DNA of 57,786 bases, filler included, from Sphacelaria rigidula (GCA_964200075.2; 7 parts of 7 records of this genome joined end to end with filler, not necessarily neighbours in it); one strand, 5' to 3'. Positions 1-12,800 are shown, numbered from the whole stretch's first letter. Numbers and translations are program-made. Notes: generated by a model not told the origin, from the sequence alone.

Positions 1-122
1 GCAAGTGTGGAAGGATGTCTGACACACTTACGAGCCTCGTTTTTCGTGCGACCAAATACCCCCCCCGCTATCGTAGGATGACTCAGTTGTGAAAAATGTG
101 GTCCCTCACATTGAGGAGCTAA

Positions 123-256
123 GGATCCTTATGATGGGGTTTTGTTATTCATACTTTTCATCCGTTTTCATATATTCTCATCGATTGTCATCCATGCTCA
201 AAGAAGAAAAAAATCATTGAAAATGGATGAAAGATAAAGCCCGTTAATGAGGGCCC
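123..256. mobile_element. MITE family A (PIF/Harbinger-Tourist-like), degenerate copy
   Basis: Ends ggatccttatgatggggtttt ... aaagcccgttaatgagggccc are imperfect inverted repeats; flanks are TAA/TCA; homologous to 52062-52202. Confidence 0.6.
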
Positions 257-2408
257 TCAGAGGCTTACATGGTATGAAAATCGCATTCAAAGCGGTGAGC
301 GATTCGAAAATCATTTATCTGTAGCATACAAAAGCAGGCACTCTCCATGAGGAGCGGAGGACGGGAACAAGGAAGCCAAGACTGGCAGCACATGAATAAG
401 ATCGCAAAATTCTTCAAGTCCGGACCGACAAACACGCATGTGGTTGATGGCAAGCCATGGTGTATATGCTATTTTATAGGCGCGGGTTGCCGTTTGTTAT
501 TTTTATTTTTGAATGTGCAATGAAACGACAAACCTTGGCATGTATTCGCTGTATCACTTCGAGATGTGGTGAGCATGTGCTGCATCGTGTTCAGAGCGCT
601 CTTCATCATGCAATTGACAATTGGCAATTGGGGTATGGCGTTCGGCAGGTCCGCGTCGAGCGTCCAACTGTGTATTCGTCACGATTTTTATTTTCTTTAT
701 ACTCCTCATTTGACTGACCAGCCGTCGACCTACACGCTATGATCGAAAAGCGAAAAACTGCAGAAGCACGAGGTATCAAGGGAGTAGACGGCACAAAAAC
801 AAGCAGATGTCACCTGAAGTAGTCAGCAAGTGACTGGCCCAGGGCAAATCCGTTCTTCATGTGCTATTGTGCTACCACAGAACGCCGAACCTATGCTGTT
901 CAAATCGACCAAGGATCGGACAAATCAATGATTCGTCTGGAAATTACTTGGTTTTATTGTAGTGCAATTGATTCGAATCGTACGAATCAATCCCTAGGCT
1001 TTTTTTTCAGCGTTGCAACCCAGGTACACGTGGCCCAGACACGTGGGATGACGCAAAATTTGCGTGGATACCCCCTTGGACCAGCGGTCAACTTTCTTCT
1101 CCCTTCGGGGCAATCAGGCCGAAGAAATCGTGGATTTGGTGATTCGAACCCGTGATGATCGTCCTAACCGTGTGGCTTTTCGTAGGTGTCTTGTTACAGT
1201 ACGATCATTTTCAGAGCCAAATGTAAAAGGTTGCGTGCAGAACCTAGATTGATGCAGGTGGATCATACACGAACTGGTCGCCAATCAGTCTTTCAAAATA
1301 CTTGGCTTCAGTGCGGACCATTACGCTTGGATTATTTGCAGCCTGACAGTCCCAGGTGCCCGCCGGCATATGCAGGGCCCGTTTTTGCTTCAATTGGCAC
1401 CGTGGGCGCAGATTTGAGCTTCGCCGACGCTTTGCCTAAGCCACCGCATACGCCCCCCTTGCCTGAGGGTTCTCCATTCGCCTTGGGTTGGGGTTGGGGT
1501 AACGTTAAGTTTTGGCAGGAGCAAAGTATGTTCAACCACAGAATCGTCGACCAGATCTTGTGAACGTACCTCTTCGTTGCCTGACAAAAATATACCCATG
1601 ATGGCGATCCTAGCATAAATTGTGCTGTCGGTGTCACTTCTGACCGGTAGCTGTGAAGAAACAGCTGTGCCTAGGATATAGTCCATCGCGAACCGGCACG
1701 TCCGCGAAGATACCGCTGCGGAATGCGCTTAGAACGGGGATGCCTAAGGCGCCCGTCTTTCTCGTCGTCACTGTTTCTTGGTTCGAACAAATGCCCCGGT
1801 GCACTCATTACGGAACTAAGGCATATGCCACGCGCCGTGCGCTAAGTCCTGCGCGTACTGATTTGAGAGATTCAACTGTAACGTCGCTTCGCATAGTCGG
1901 GGATATGTACGGTACTTGCGCGATCATCTGGTCGCTTATTGTAGTGAATGAGGGAAAGGGCGATTGGAAAATACTTTTATCACGGGGTCTCGGCAAGTTT
2001 GTGATCGAGAAACAAAGTAAGCCTGGCACCTTGAGACGATTTGCTGCAGTCTCTGGAGGGATCCCAGCACACTCTGGGATGTGCTCATGCACGAAGTTTA
2101 ACTTCTTGACCGAACTAGGAACGTTGTGCACTATCCAAAAAAAGTCGCTTGATTCACTCGAAACTCCAAAACCTTTTTAGGCCTAGGACTTCGCCCGCCC
2201 CCTCTTATCGGGCAGACCCGTCGCCGAAAGGCCAAAGAAAAGCACTGCCAGTTTTCTAACACCTCCTTTAGGGCACTCCATAGAAGGCACCTCAAGAAGT
2301 TGTAGTTAATAGTGGCGCATTTGTAAAATAAGCGTGTGCAGAATGCATTTTTTTTGTCTTTCACAGTGCTAATTTTGACTCCTCAAATTGTCAAAATACT
2401 TGTTGTAG

Positions 2409-2598
2409 AGCTTCTGGAGCTGTGCGAAGCAGTCGCAGCGGAGAGAGGATGCAGACTTCGAGGACGTGCGTGGCATCGGCACCTGCTCCCACCGCCACCG
2501 TCGAGCTCACCAGGAAGCTCTACACTGATCTATGCCAAAAGCTCAGAGAGATCGAGCGGCTGCATGGCGTTCGAGCCCTGCTATCATGGGATGGGCAG
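2409..2598 (+). CDS. Peptidase M32 (carboxypeptidase Taq-like), exon encoding N-terminal helix
   Basis: tgtAG acceptor at 2408 and CAG|GTTGGT donor at 2599. Translates ...LYTDLCQKLREIERLHGVRALLSWDGQ, matching the M32 N-terminal pattern (LL.WD..). The 5' boundary is uncertain (in-frame ATG at 2449). Confidence 0.85.
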
Positions 2599-3819
2599 GT
2601 TGGTTAAGGTGCGCGAGTGGGTGGAGGGGTGGGCGTGGCAGCAGCATCCCCATCTTGATTTCGTGAGAAAAATCGGGAGGGAAACATCGTTCAGTTGACG
2701 TGTGGTACAATCGAAATTGCCGCTTTCCCTGTTGTTCGTACTGTTCGTACCTATCTGACTCTGCTCCCTTCTGAGCTATCCTACGGCGTGTGATTCGCGG
2801 GAAAGCCGCACGTGCATTTGCCGCAGAATAGCACGAATCGAGATGTGGGAAATTGCTGAGGCCGTTGTTGGCGCGGATGAACCTCTGACGTGAGGAAGGG
2901 GCAGGGGTCGTAGGGCCGACAGTTGACTCACGTGACGGCTTTGGAAGAGAACCACCTGTCCAGTAGGATGCTGCTCTCTTGTACGGCAGATCTAAATGTG
3001 CGCTCATCCTGCATAAAACTGGATTTTTCTCTGCACTTGAATGCTTTTGATGGATGATCAACGGCTGGATTGGCTGCATTGGCATCGAACCGCCTCACGT
3101 ACGCCACTTTTTTCTTTACAAACATCGCCATACGGACAAAATTGGTCCAGTTCATCCGAGCATGATCGTCTACCATCACCTGGCCGCGGAACGCGCGTGA
3201 CAAGTGGATGGCCACATCAGCATCGGCGAGTATATCACAACGATGGTTTGCGTCGCAAGCCTATCGCGTCCTGTGCGCAAGTGATTGGACGATCTTTTGC
3301 ATAACATCAACGCAACGAGAACTCAGGGATGAACTCACCATCAGTAGTACACCAACGGTGGAAGCAGTTCCGGACTAGTTTTATTACCCGAAATGTTTTT
3401 CCTCGAATCGATCAGCCATCCCGAAGATAGTTCTTGATCACGTCTAGCAGGGTGAGTACGGGATCCGTGCAGCTCTGCATGTTCACAGATTTGAACACCC
3501 TCTGTATTCTGGATCATTCGTAATATAGGCTGGGCCCAGAGAGAAGGACCAAAGACCTGTAAACGCTTTGTCTACCGCCACTTTCGATAGTGACAGGCGA
3601 GAGTTTGAAGATAGACGTTCGGGAACAATTTCAAAGGTTGCCGAGGTCAGATCCTTCAGAAAAACATTCATATTACCAAAATATTGGCTCTTTGAAAATA
3701 AGTGGGCTTGAAAATCCGGATGTATTTTCCCCAATAGTGTGAATTTCATATCTCACTATAATAGGCCTTTTGGCATATTTCCGTTCCCCGTCCTCCAACG
3801 AAGGCCATGACCGGTCTTG

Positions 3820-5130
3820 TCGGCACGGCGTGGGGAGGGTATTTTCTGCGGGTGTAGGGTCGGAATCACCTTCAAGGAGTGATTCCTTCTCACTACTACC
3901 CTTGGCCAAGGCTGTGGTGTGGTGGTGGAGTTGGGTCAACACGGTGCTCATCAGGCGCACCCACCCCTGTTGTAGTGCAGCGGTATAATATGTCATACCC
4001 TGAGTGTGGGCATATCCTGCGTGACAAGCAGTATAATGTGTCAACAACCTGGGTGCGGGCATGTAGGGGTACGGTGTGTGCGCGGAGGCAGATGACAGCG
4101 CCATCGAAAGCTGGCACGCACACCCTTGACACAAAGGAGCGTGTGCCGGTGTGTAGACTGGTTTCGGCGACAAGGATGGAGGAGAAGCGGTCGTCGACGG
4201 ACGGGTCACGTCTGGTTGAGCCTCCTGGACGAGGCACTAACTACAGACCAGCACCAGAGTGGACAACGAAGGAGGAAGTATTTCATTACGAAGAGAAGCA
4301 GAGGGGGCACTGTTTGGGATCATGGACATCAGCGAGGATGGGCGGTTGGTTTGGCCATGGACGCTGGTCAGGACAGATGGGAGCGTCAGGCGGTCAACTT
4401 CGAAGAGGACCTCGCAGCGGAGAAGAGCAGAGCTGGCGGCTAATTTCGTTGAGGGCGGGATATTATTTTTCCGTTGGGTTTTTGGTAGTTGTTTGTTGTG
4501 GATACTACGTACAGATGGTACCCCATGTTTTCATGGTTGAATATAGGACACTCGGAACATATTCGGTTTTTTGCTGATAGCGCTATGCCGTGTCTAGGCT
4601 AGACACGCCCTGTCTGTTGTGTTTCCATAACGATGCTACTTGACCGGAACCCGAGGGAGATCGTAGTCCCTAGCTTTCCCTCCTCGTTGCCATCGGCTCT
4701 TCCTTTTTTGTTCTTCTTGTCTTTTTTTTATCTTCCCATCTGGCGTTGTCCAGTCTCCGGTGCGCAGGCTCTGTAGAGGATCTCTTTGAACAGCACTCTA
4801 GACAGTTGATCTATTTCGGGATTGGTTTCTGTTCTACGCGACCGTTTCGGTTATCGGCTTACTCGCTGTTACTACTCGGTGCATACACCAGTACGTGGCA
4901 AGGTTGTCGAAGAGATCGCACGCGGGGACTTTTTAGATTCCAGGAAGTCCCCTGTAGTTCAATCGGTCTTCTACGGATCTATCGTAGTGTAGGTGCCCTT
5001 TTTCATGCAGATGTTTTGTTTCTTGTCTTACTCTCCGGGCTGTTTGATTTAAGGGTATGGGTGGTATGCTCCTTGCACTTTGTGACCACGGGTCCAAGAG
5101 ATCGAGCTAATGTGACGAACATAATAATAA
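3820..5130 (+). mobile_element. Highly degenerate RTE-like LINE 3' fragment inside the M32 intron
   Basis: Frameshifted remnants resembling the RTE C-terminus (...ATRMEEKRS..., ...ALFGIMDISEDG...), then a T-rich 3'UTR ending in gtgaccacgg...gctaatgtga-(aat)n. Boundaries approximate. Confidence 0.5.
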
Positions 5131-6717
5131 TAGTTGGCGACCTCCAAAATGCTTTCTCGCATTTGCCCTTCGGGGTTTAGGTCTAACTCCTCGAAACGTT
5201 AATAGACGAAGGGATGTATCTGTCGGGGGTGAGTCTATGTACCATACTAGATTCCATCTGGCTTTTTCTTCCTTCATTTTTTTTCTGACGAGAACAAGTT
5301 AACCCTTCAGGCGCACAGGGGCTAGATGGCAGCCTGACGTTCACACGCTGTCAGGGATAATGGCCGCTATAGGCGTATATTACCGCCAGTTGGTCGGATG
5401 GATGCTACAGTAAATCGCTTCTCTCGCGAGTTTTAGCTTTTGGCCAACAAGATTCCAGCAGGGTAGGTCGATGGTAGGGCAGGTTAGGTGGGGGTTCCTG
5501 TTTATGTCTTTTTATTACATGTATCACTCTCAGCTGGGTCTACCAAAGCATAGTGTCAACACGATGGCCGTACGTAGCACACCTCCTTGCATGCCAGACT
5601 ACCATGAAGTCATAGCGCGATCGCCGCTCATGGTCATCTCCAAGCGCCAGCGTGTGCTGCGTGTCATCGGTTTTTTGTGGCACTCGCTAGTGTGTGTGGT
5701 AAACCGCGATGAACGGCCTACCCTCGCCGTCGCAGGCCCCCCTGTTTCTATCGATGTGCTGTCGCTTCCATCGAAATCAACCATTCCAAACACCCGGCCA
5801 TCTGGCGACTAGATACCAAAAGTGTCAACGGTCAGAACACAACAACACAGTTGCTCCTCCTTGTGTCGGCAGTTCCCGAACCAAAAATTTCGAGCGATCG
5901 GGCAAGGGCCACCAGTGCACTTATAAAAAAACATTCTCCAAGAGCGAGTGAGTGCAGTGGTGGCCCTTGTCTGATATTGTACTACCCAAACAGTCGATCG
6001 GTGTGTGCGATGTCCTTCGGGATGCATATGGGGCTGCAAGGAATCACACTTGTTGGGGGGAGTTTCACAGTCTGTCGTTTGATGCGGCCCGTCGAACGCT
6101 GTGAGTGTTTTCTCGCCTGACCAGCTCGCACTACTGCGTCCGGCAGTGGTACGTTGGAGAAACACGCACAACAGACGTTTGGATGACCCCGTATGCAAGG
6201 CACAGGGAGGGACATAAGATATTGATTTCATACGAGATACTTTCTTTGGCAGGACAGACATTCTTTGGTGATGAAGAATAGACAGCGCTCGCAGGGAAGA
6301 TTGAGTGCCCTTGAAATTGTGTCCGTGATCTAATGGTGCTCAGTCTCGGGCTTGCGGATAGCGGAGCACCAAGGAAGTCCTTGCCGCAGAACTTGATATT
6401 TCTGTGGGACATTAAGTCAGCGAATCACATGCCCTGGTAATGTTGGAAACCTCTCATGGATGCTGTTTAGAGGAACGGGGTTGCGGGGTCCTATCAGTGT
6501 GAACAACGTGTTCTTCACAGTGCCTGGTACAGGGTCTATGCCGGAAAGCCAATGCTCTGCAGGGCATTCAAATAGGTAGCTTTTCCTTTTTTTCAGCCTC
6601 CTATTGTAAAAGCGCGAACGGCCGCCACTCCGTCTTCAGAGACTCAAATCAGGCACATGTTCCGTTTTGCGTGTCTGCGCCCACACCATACACTATTTCA
6701 TTCTCCACGAACGTCAG

Positions 6718-6852
6718 GTGATGATGCCGGTCGGCGGAGCAGCATCCAGGGCGAACCACAAAGCCGTGCTTTCAGCAGTCGTTCACGAGAAAAAAGTTGA
6801 CCCCGACCTGGGTGATCTACTTCGCGAGCTCCAGGAGAGAGGGGGAGACCAG
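6718..6852 (+). CDS. Peptidase M32 (carboxypeptidase Taq-like), next exon
   Basis: cAG|GTG ... CAG|GTAAGC, 135 nt, phase 0/0. VMMPVGGAASRANHKAVLSAVVHEKKVDPDLGDLLRELQERGGDQ continues WDGQ in frame across a 4119-nt intron. Confidence 0.9.
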
Positions 6853-8031
6853 GTAAGCCTTACGTATATTCGCCCTGCTGTTGTTGTTACTACTGCTGTT
6901 GCTGCTGTTGCTTTCGCCTGCGAGCTTCGTATTCCTTCTGCGTGTGTCAGGTGCTGTTACGGGTCCTACTTTTTTGCTCCTCTGCTCTCGTTATAAACAG
7001 CACGCCCTAGACAACTCCTCCTAGGGTCGAAAACGATAACGTACTCTGAAAAATGGAAGATCGGAGTTTTTCCAAGGACTTTCCGTTTCTTGTCAAAGTA
7101 TTGAAACATTTTGGAAAAAATGATTTCGTCGTCGACGGCTCAGTGCTCAACACAAACGTGAGATGGACTGGCGCTGAAGCATGCGAAAAGTGATGTTGCA
7201 ACGTGACATGCGCCCAATACTTTGACTCCAAGAGAGACGTCACAATGCGTACCATGTTTGCACCGTGAACCATAGTATGCACAGGACCGATGACAGAGAA
7301 TAGGTCAATGTTGACCACAAATTTATGAGGGTCCGGCACCACTGACGAAATACGCCTCTGTCGGTTTCTTGCAGCCACGAGAGCTCGACGGCAATGTTTT
7401 CAACTGTTTGTGTGGCATGAGATCAACGAGCAATGCTTTAACAACCGTACAACGTTCCTGTACTTCTCCCGCGGCCTGTCTCTCACAGCTGGAAGACAAT
7501 GTAATGCCTACGCACGCGGATTGCCGTAGCTACGGAGATAATGTGTAGAGCAGGCCTTGCGTGAGCAAGATGTTGGCTCGGAGTGAGTGCGCACGTACTG
7601 CAAGTCTATGTGCGCTGTTGTTGTGCTGCCGGGGAAAGCATTAGACCACGGTTGTTTGTTGCGATTTTTTCACGTGCCGAGGAAAATCTACTAATTATTG
7701 GCTTGTGGACGAGCCATTCGTTCCCTTTTGTGATATACATCTCCTGTTGTTCCTCCGATCCAGTACCCACTACAGCTGATGCAAGCCATCTCTCCCAGAA
7801 TTTCATGGGCCGCTAGAGTAGGTTTCCAGCAATGCCGTTTTTCCATCGAGCGTGATTGTGGTTGGGCAGCTCATCTAGTCTCGTCACCAACACACGTTTC
7901 TTCCGTGTGTTTCTTGTTACTTATGTATACAGCGCTAACTTTTAAGAAGCAATCGCGTCCACCCTCGCCCGCACTTTTCCGAGTTTGGAATGGGCCACTG
8001 CGTCGTCCATCTGGTGCCCCCCCCCACCGGA

Positions 8032-8096
8032 TGCTCCGTCTCGAAAGGAATGCGTGGTCAATGGTCGAACGACTAAGGCAAGCAACAAATGAGTAC
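8032..8096 (+). repeat. 65-nt C-tract-associated interspersed repeat, full copy
   Basis: tgctccgtctcgaaaggaatgcgtggtcaatggtcgaacgactaaggcaagcaacaaatgagtac; near-identical copies in other contigs; C-runs on both sides. Confidence 0.85.
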
Positions 8097-8170
8097 CCCT
8101 GCCTCCCCCCCCCCCAACGCCTACCCGAAACGACGAAGAGGCAACGAACGATCACAACAACTCTTCCTAC

Positions 8171-8270
8171 NNNNNNNNNNNNNNNNNNNNNNNNNNNNNN
8201 NNNNNNNNNNNNNNTTAATTAATTAANNNNNNNNNNNNNNNNNNNNNNNNNNNNNNNNNNNNNNNNNNNN
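8171..8270. other. Artificial contig linker
   Basis: N44-TTAATTAATTAA-N44; stop codons in all six frames. Confidence 0.98.
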
Positions 8271-8344
8271 TTCTTCTTTGTCAGGGCTTCTCATAATGAG
8301 GCGTCTGGCCCGGGGACGGGGGGGGAGGGTTCTCAAAGGGTTAA

Positions 8345-8922
8345 CGGCATTTTACCAAAACCTGAAAACTGATCATTGCTTTTAGCTCATAAAAAGATGA
8401 AAAATATTTGGGACCACGCACGTTTATTTTTTTCATGCCCTGTTGATTGTCCGTACCTAATTTCAAGGTCCATCTCTACGTAAAAAAATGCGAATTGGCC
8501 TATTAAAAGGAGGGCTGGTGGAAAATTCGGAGCAGTATTTTGCAGACCGTTTACCGGCCCACGTTTGGTGTTTGTATATTCAAACTTTGTGCGTGATCTC
8601 GCTAGGTCATGAACCAAGAAAAATTAGTCAGGTTGATTTTTTTTTCTTCATTGGTTTAGCGCGTTTTAGTATGGTGACGACTATTTTTTTACGACAACAC
8701 CCGAACCTCTCCCAACAAAAAATAAGGCTCATTTTTTTTTATTCAACATACTTCTGTGATTCTCCATGCTAAGTTTCAAATCACGATTCTGAAAATTGAG
8801 CTGAAAAATTGAGATAAGCCCCAAGAACAACGTTCATTTCTCCACAAAACTCCCCAAAAAACAGGGTAAAAATGAAAGAAATAACAAATAAAAGCTAAAA
8901 ATATGTTTATTTTACTTTATCC

Positions 8923-8966
<44 letters not shown>

Positions 8967-9141
8967 ATCTCACATTAGCTGATTGCAACAATCCAGCCCG
9001 TGGTCAGGAGCAGCAAAAATAGAACAGAATAATGATAAAAATAAAAAAATAGAGAAAGGAACAGAAAACGACAGAAGCAACGGCCTCAGAAAGGAAAGAA
9101 AGGGGGCAGCGATAACAACAAAAAACAATACCACCACCACC

Positions 9142-9173
<32 letters not shown>

Positions 9174-10020
9174 CAGCAGCAGCAGCAGCAGTAACAACAA
9201 AATGACGACAAACACATGCACGAACAACAACAACAAAAAGATGATGATCGCGCATTACGTAGCTGATTGCAATACTCCAGCTCGTGATCAGAAACAAAAA
9301 GGAGAAACATGAAAAAAAACCCCGAAAAAACATGAAAGAAAAAAATAATAATAGAACGTAAAAAAAAAGGAATACAATAGACACGATTACAGAGCCAGGC
9401 TTGTTCCGGCGGCGGCGGCGGGGGGGAGCACAGACGAAACAAAAACAGACAAAAAAAAGAAGAAACCACCAGGAACAAAATATGAACAAAGCAGAGATGG
9501 GGACCAAACACAATGCTCTGCGTATCTGGCGTAGGCTGTGATGAGTTACTGTTGGTACTGTGGGTCCCAGGTGCTGTCGGTGCATCTTGGCCTGCAGAAG
9601 CGATATCCAGATTTAGGGCATCTAGTGCCTCTGCTCGTAATATATTTATTTTAGTATAAAACCCTATGTGCGGCATATCTCGAGATGGATTACGAATCAG
9701 GTGAAGGTGAGGGTACCTATCGTCTCCCCGTGCTCCAGGGAATGTCCACACCAAAAATCGTCACCACCCGCTGAGTGTATCGTTCGGGGTTTTACATATA
9801 GTTTGGTGTGGACGCTATCTCCGTACCGTATAGGGATTACTAGACATGGGGTTTCATCAACGAGAAAAAACTGGCCCAGACTCTTGAGCCCATGGACATC
9901 TTCCCCTTGATTAGAAGATTTATACGATGTGCGAATCACGGCCCAACTCGTCTGTGTCGATGAGATATTGCTATGAGAGCTTGAATCCGTTCCTAGGCTG
10001 GCCCAGATCGTCGCAAAAAA
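8345..10020 (+). repeat. Unclassified non-coding dispersed repeat (family U), split by a LINE tail at ~8925-9597
   Basis: 8497-8920 and 9598-9940 align in order with the reverse complement of 55985-56810 and partly with 10260-10890. Confidence 0.7.
8925..9597 (-). mobile_element. 5'-truncated LINE 3'UTR with (AATC)n tail and internal trinucleotide microsatellites
   Basis: Minus strand ends ...gaccacgggctggattgttgcaatcagctaatgtgagat(aatc)n; (CAC/CAA/CAG)n at ~9115-9235; interrupts family U. Confidence 0.6.
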
Positions 10021-10259
10021 TGTCAGTTTCCGCCCTGTTTTTCTGTAACTTGACCCTTTGTTGTGGAAAATGCAAGTTTAGTCAAAAACGAAACCGTGAC
10101 CTACGGGAAATACAGAAGTGCTCTGGAACCGTCTCAGCGAGTAGAGCAAGTCATTCCATGGTGTCAACATCCGCCCAGCCCTCTTTTCAGTGGGGAAACG
10201 ACGGAGAAGGGCGAAAAATGCACCTTTCAACCAGTTTTTTTTTAACGCATAGGAAGTAG

Positions 10260-10890
10260 CCTACAGACCATATTTTTCACGAGCCCGCCCATACCTCTCC
10301 AAAAACAAAAAAAATGAAGGGTACATTTTTTTCTTCAATACCCTTGCAATTCTACTGGTACGTTTCACATCTCAATTCTTAAAACTGAGCTGAAGAACTG
10401 AGATGAGTTCCGAGAGCATTGTCCATTTTCCCTCACGTCTCCCATGAAAAAACAAGAAGAAACAATAAAAATTAAAATTAACGTAAAACGATGTGTTTTT
10501 TTTCATTATGCACTAGCGATTCTCCACACGAAATTTAAGGCACAACTCCCAAAAACTGAGACGTATCCAGAATTAGGCAAAAGTGAGGGCATAGATTGTC
10601 TCCCCGTGCTCCAGGGAATGTCCACACCAAAAATCATCACCATCCGCGTTGTATATCGTCCGGGATTTCATTAAGACTTTAGTATCGACGCTATCTCCGT
10701 ACGGTATAGGAATTACTCGACATGAGATTCGATCAACGAGAAAAAACTGGCCCAGACTTTTGAGCACATAGGCACCCTCCCCATAATAGGACGATTAATA
10801 CGATATGCGGACCACGACCCAACTCGTCTGTGTCGATGAGATATTGCTTTGAGAGCACATGAATCCGCGTCTAGGCCGGCCCAGCTCGTA
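10260..10890 (+). repeat. Family U, second partial copy
   Basis: 10575-10890 repeats 9700-10010 (e.g. tctccccgtgctccagggaatgtccacaccaaaaatc); 10350-10500 resembles 8760-8920. Confidence 0.75.
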
Positions 10891-10985
10891 AAATACTCTA
10901 TTTCGTCTACTTTTATAAAATTACTTGAGTTTCATATGTGGACATTTTGGGCACCCATCGAAATCTATGCCGGGGGTAGGGAGTC

Positions 10986-11278
10986 TACTCATTATCTTGC
11001 ATGCCGTAGTGACGAAACCATTAACCTAGCAATCCCTGACAAGCCGGACGCCGGGTTTTCGCCGGACCAGGCTTGCAATCAATCACCAAGCGAGAAGCGC
11101 CGTGATGTGTTCGGCGGGTCGCATGAGGGGTAAGCTGCATCCTACCAAGATTGTCCGACCCGAAGCGTACTCATTGTCTTGCATATGGATAACAGCCTCG
11201 AACGAGTTGCTCCGAACTCCGGTATCGCCACTTCTAGAGACAGCCATGGGTTACACTGCCTCATGGGTGCCCGACCAT
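10986..11278 (-). repeat. ~290-nt interspersed repeat sharing its terminus with the 65-nt family
   Basis: Collinear with 40679-40970 (gccggggtttcgccggaccaggct, gaagcgccgtgatgt, cccgaagcgtact, acagcctcgaa, gcctcatgg). Confidence 0.75.
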
Positions 11279-11347
11279 AGGTGGTGAGGGGCTGTGTGTG
11301 GTGTCTGAAGTTATAGTCTACGAGGGGCCACAGCAAGTACATCACAC

Positions 11348-11554
11348 CTTTTTCGAGAGCAGCTCTGTGCTCAGCTCCGTGATGTGCGTCTCCACTTGCC
11401 GCCGCACGCGCTGTTTTTCCTGGAGTTGTTTCCGTCGTTCGGAGGCCAGGTCGCTCTCGACGACCGAGCGTGTCGATTCCAGCTCCTTTTCTAAGCGCTC
11501 GCGGGTTGCGACCATTTCCCGCTTGTTCTCCGCAGTGTCGTGCAGAAGATTCAA
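11348..11554 (-). CDS. CFAP157: CFAP157-like cilia/flagella-associated coiled-coil protein, exon
   Basis: acAG|TTG ... AAG|GTGTGA, 207 nt, phase 0/0; LNLLHDTAENKREMVATRERLEKELESTRSVVESDLASERRKQLQEKQRVRRQVETHITELSTELLSKK. Confidence 0.7.
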
Positions 11555-12159
11555 CTGTTGTGTATTGTTTGATTCGGAGAGACCAAAAATACCGATACGT
11601 CATGGAGAGGCAGAAGAGTTCGAGGTGGCGTAGCGACGGGAGGGCAAAATCCCATCGAGACTTCACCATAGACGAGAGGCTGCTAAGCTGAGAGCCGCCA
11701 CCACTGACTGAAGGACAGCAAGTGCTCGCGAGGACTCCAGGATGGAAATGGTCGAGCGAGTGTCCCGCTTTGTACCCGACCAGAGGTGATTGAGTGGAGC
11801 GGTGTTGAGACGGAAAGTGATTTACCCGTGTCTTCTCTGTCGCCCGTCGACCTTTCCCATGCTGCCTTGTTTTGCACCTGTACATGTTCTACTCTGTCCT
11901 TGAGTTTGATCGCCACCGTATCTTCCTTTGTCTCTATTTTCTATCTATCTCTCCATATCTCTCCCTTTCACTGTGTCTTTCCTCTCAGTGTAATACGGTC
12001 GCAGGTTGGTGCATTGCTTCCGAAGGGCGGTTGAGAGCTCATGCCCACACATGGTATTGTTCAAAATAACTGAGCCACAGTCTGTTCCCACGGCGTTCTC
12101 GTTTTGTTTTGTGTATACGGCTGCATGAAATTTCTTGCGTGCGGTCTCTTCGCCCGAAG

Positions 12160-12475
12160 CCATAGGGTCCGGCCATTTCTAGTTTCCATTTCGATATTAT
12201 CATCATCATCATCTGTCTTCGTCGAGACCGTTTCTTCTTTTCTCTCTTTCCTAGTTCTTTCTCCGTCTAGTTCCTGCTCCTTTTTCTGCTTGTTCTTGTT
12301 TTTTGCTTCTGTTTTCCAGTCACCTCGTGTGCTCGACCCTTTTATTTTTTCCCTCAGGTTTATTTTTCTTGAGCGAGCGCGTCCGCTTTGTGAACCTTCG
12401 AGTACCTACCTCTTGTGGATAATGACCACGGCTGGGTCCCTCGGGGATCAGTTGATATGCGACAATCAATCAGTA
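12160..12475 (+). mobile_element. LINE 3'UTR remnant in intron
   Basis: Pyrimidine-rich tract ending in atgaccacggctgggtccctcggggatcagttgatatgcgac-aatcaatc. Confidence 0.55.
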
Positions 12476-12800
12476 GATCTATCCACCATATATGGCATTG
12501 AGTAAAATAACAACATCCATTGAGTAAACATGGCATCACCCGGCTACAGTCGCACAACTGCCTCTTGACCGACGAGCACCGGGGGGCTTCCGCGTACTCT
12601 CGAAGAATGATCAGACGACGAAGGTGGGAACGGCCGTGATAAACGCCTGCTCACACGTCGCTGGTAAAAGGACGTAATTGGTGGCAGAAGTGGCCGTTCC
12701 GGGGCAGACGGCAGGTTCGGTGTTCGCATACATACGTCTCGAAAGTAAGAGTTGCTGTTAACCTTTTTTTACGTAGGAAATATTGCGTTTACCTACGTAC

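Noticed and set aside
1332..2131. Possible small spliced gene on the minus strand upstream of the M32 gene
   Set aside because: Splice-like sites exist but there is no recognisable protein and no consistent upstream frame.
7490..7585. Candidate third M32 exon after ctcacAG
   Set aside because: The required phase-0 frame reaches TAG before a suitable donor and does not resemble M32.
8271..8344. GGG|TTAA piggyBac-like end (also TTAA|CCCTT at 5299)
   Set aside because: No partner TIR in the same contig.
8970..9754. Poly-Leu/Val/Cys/Asn ORFs (also 30443-30979)
   Set aside because: Products of trinucleotide microsatellites.
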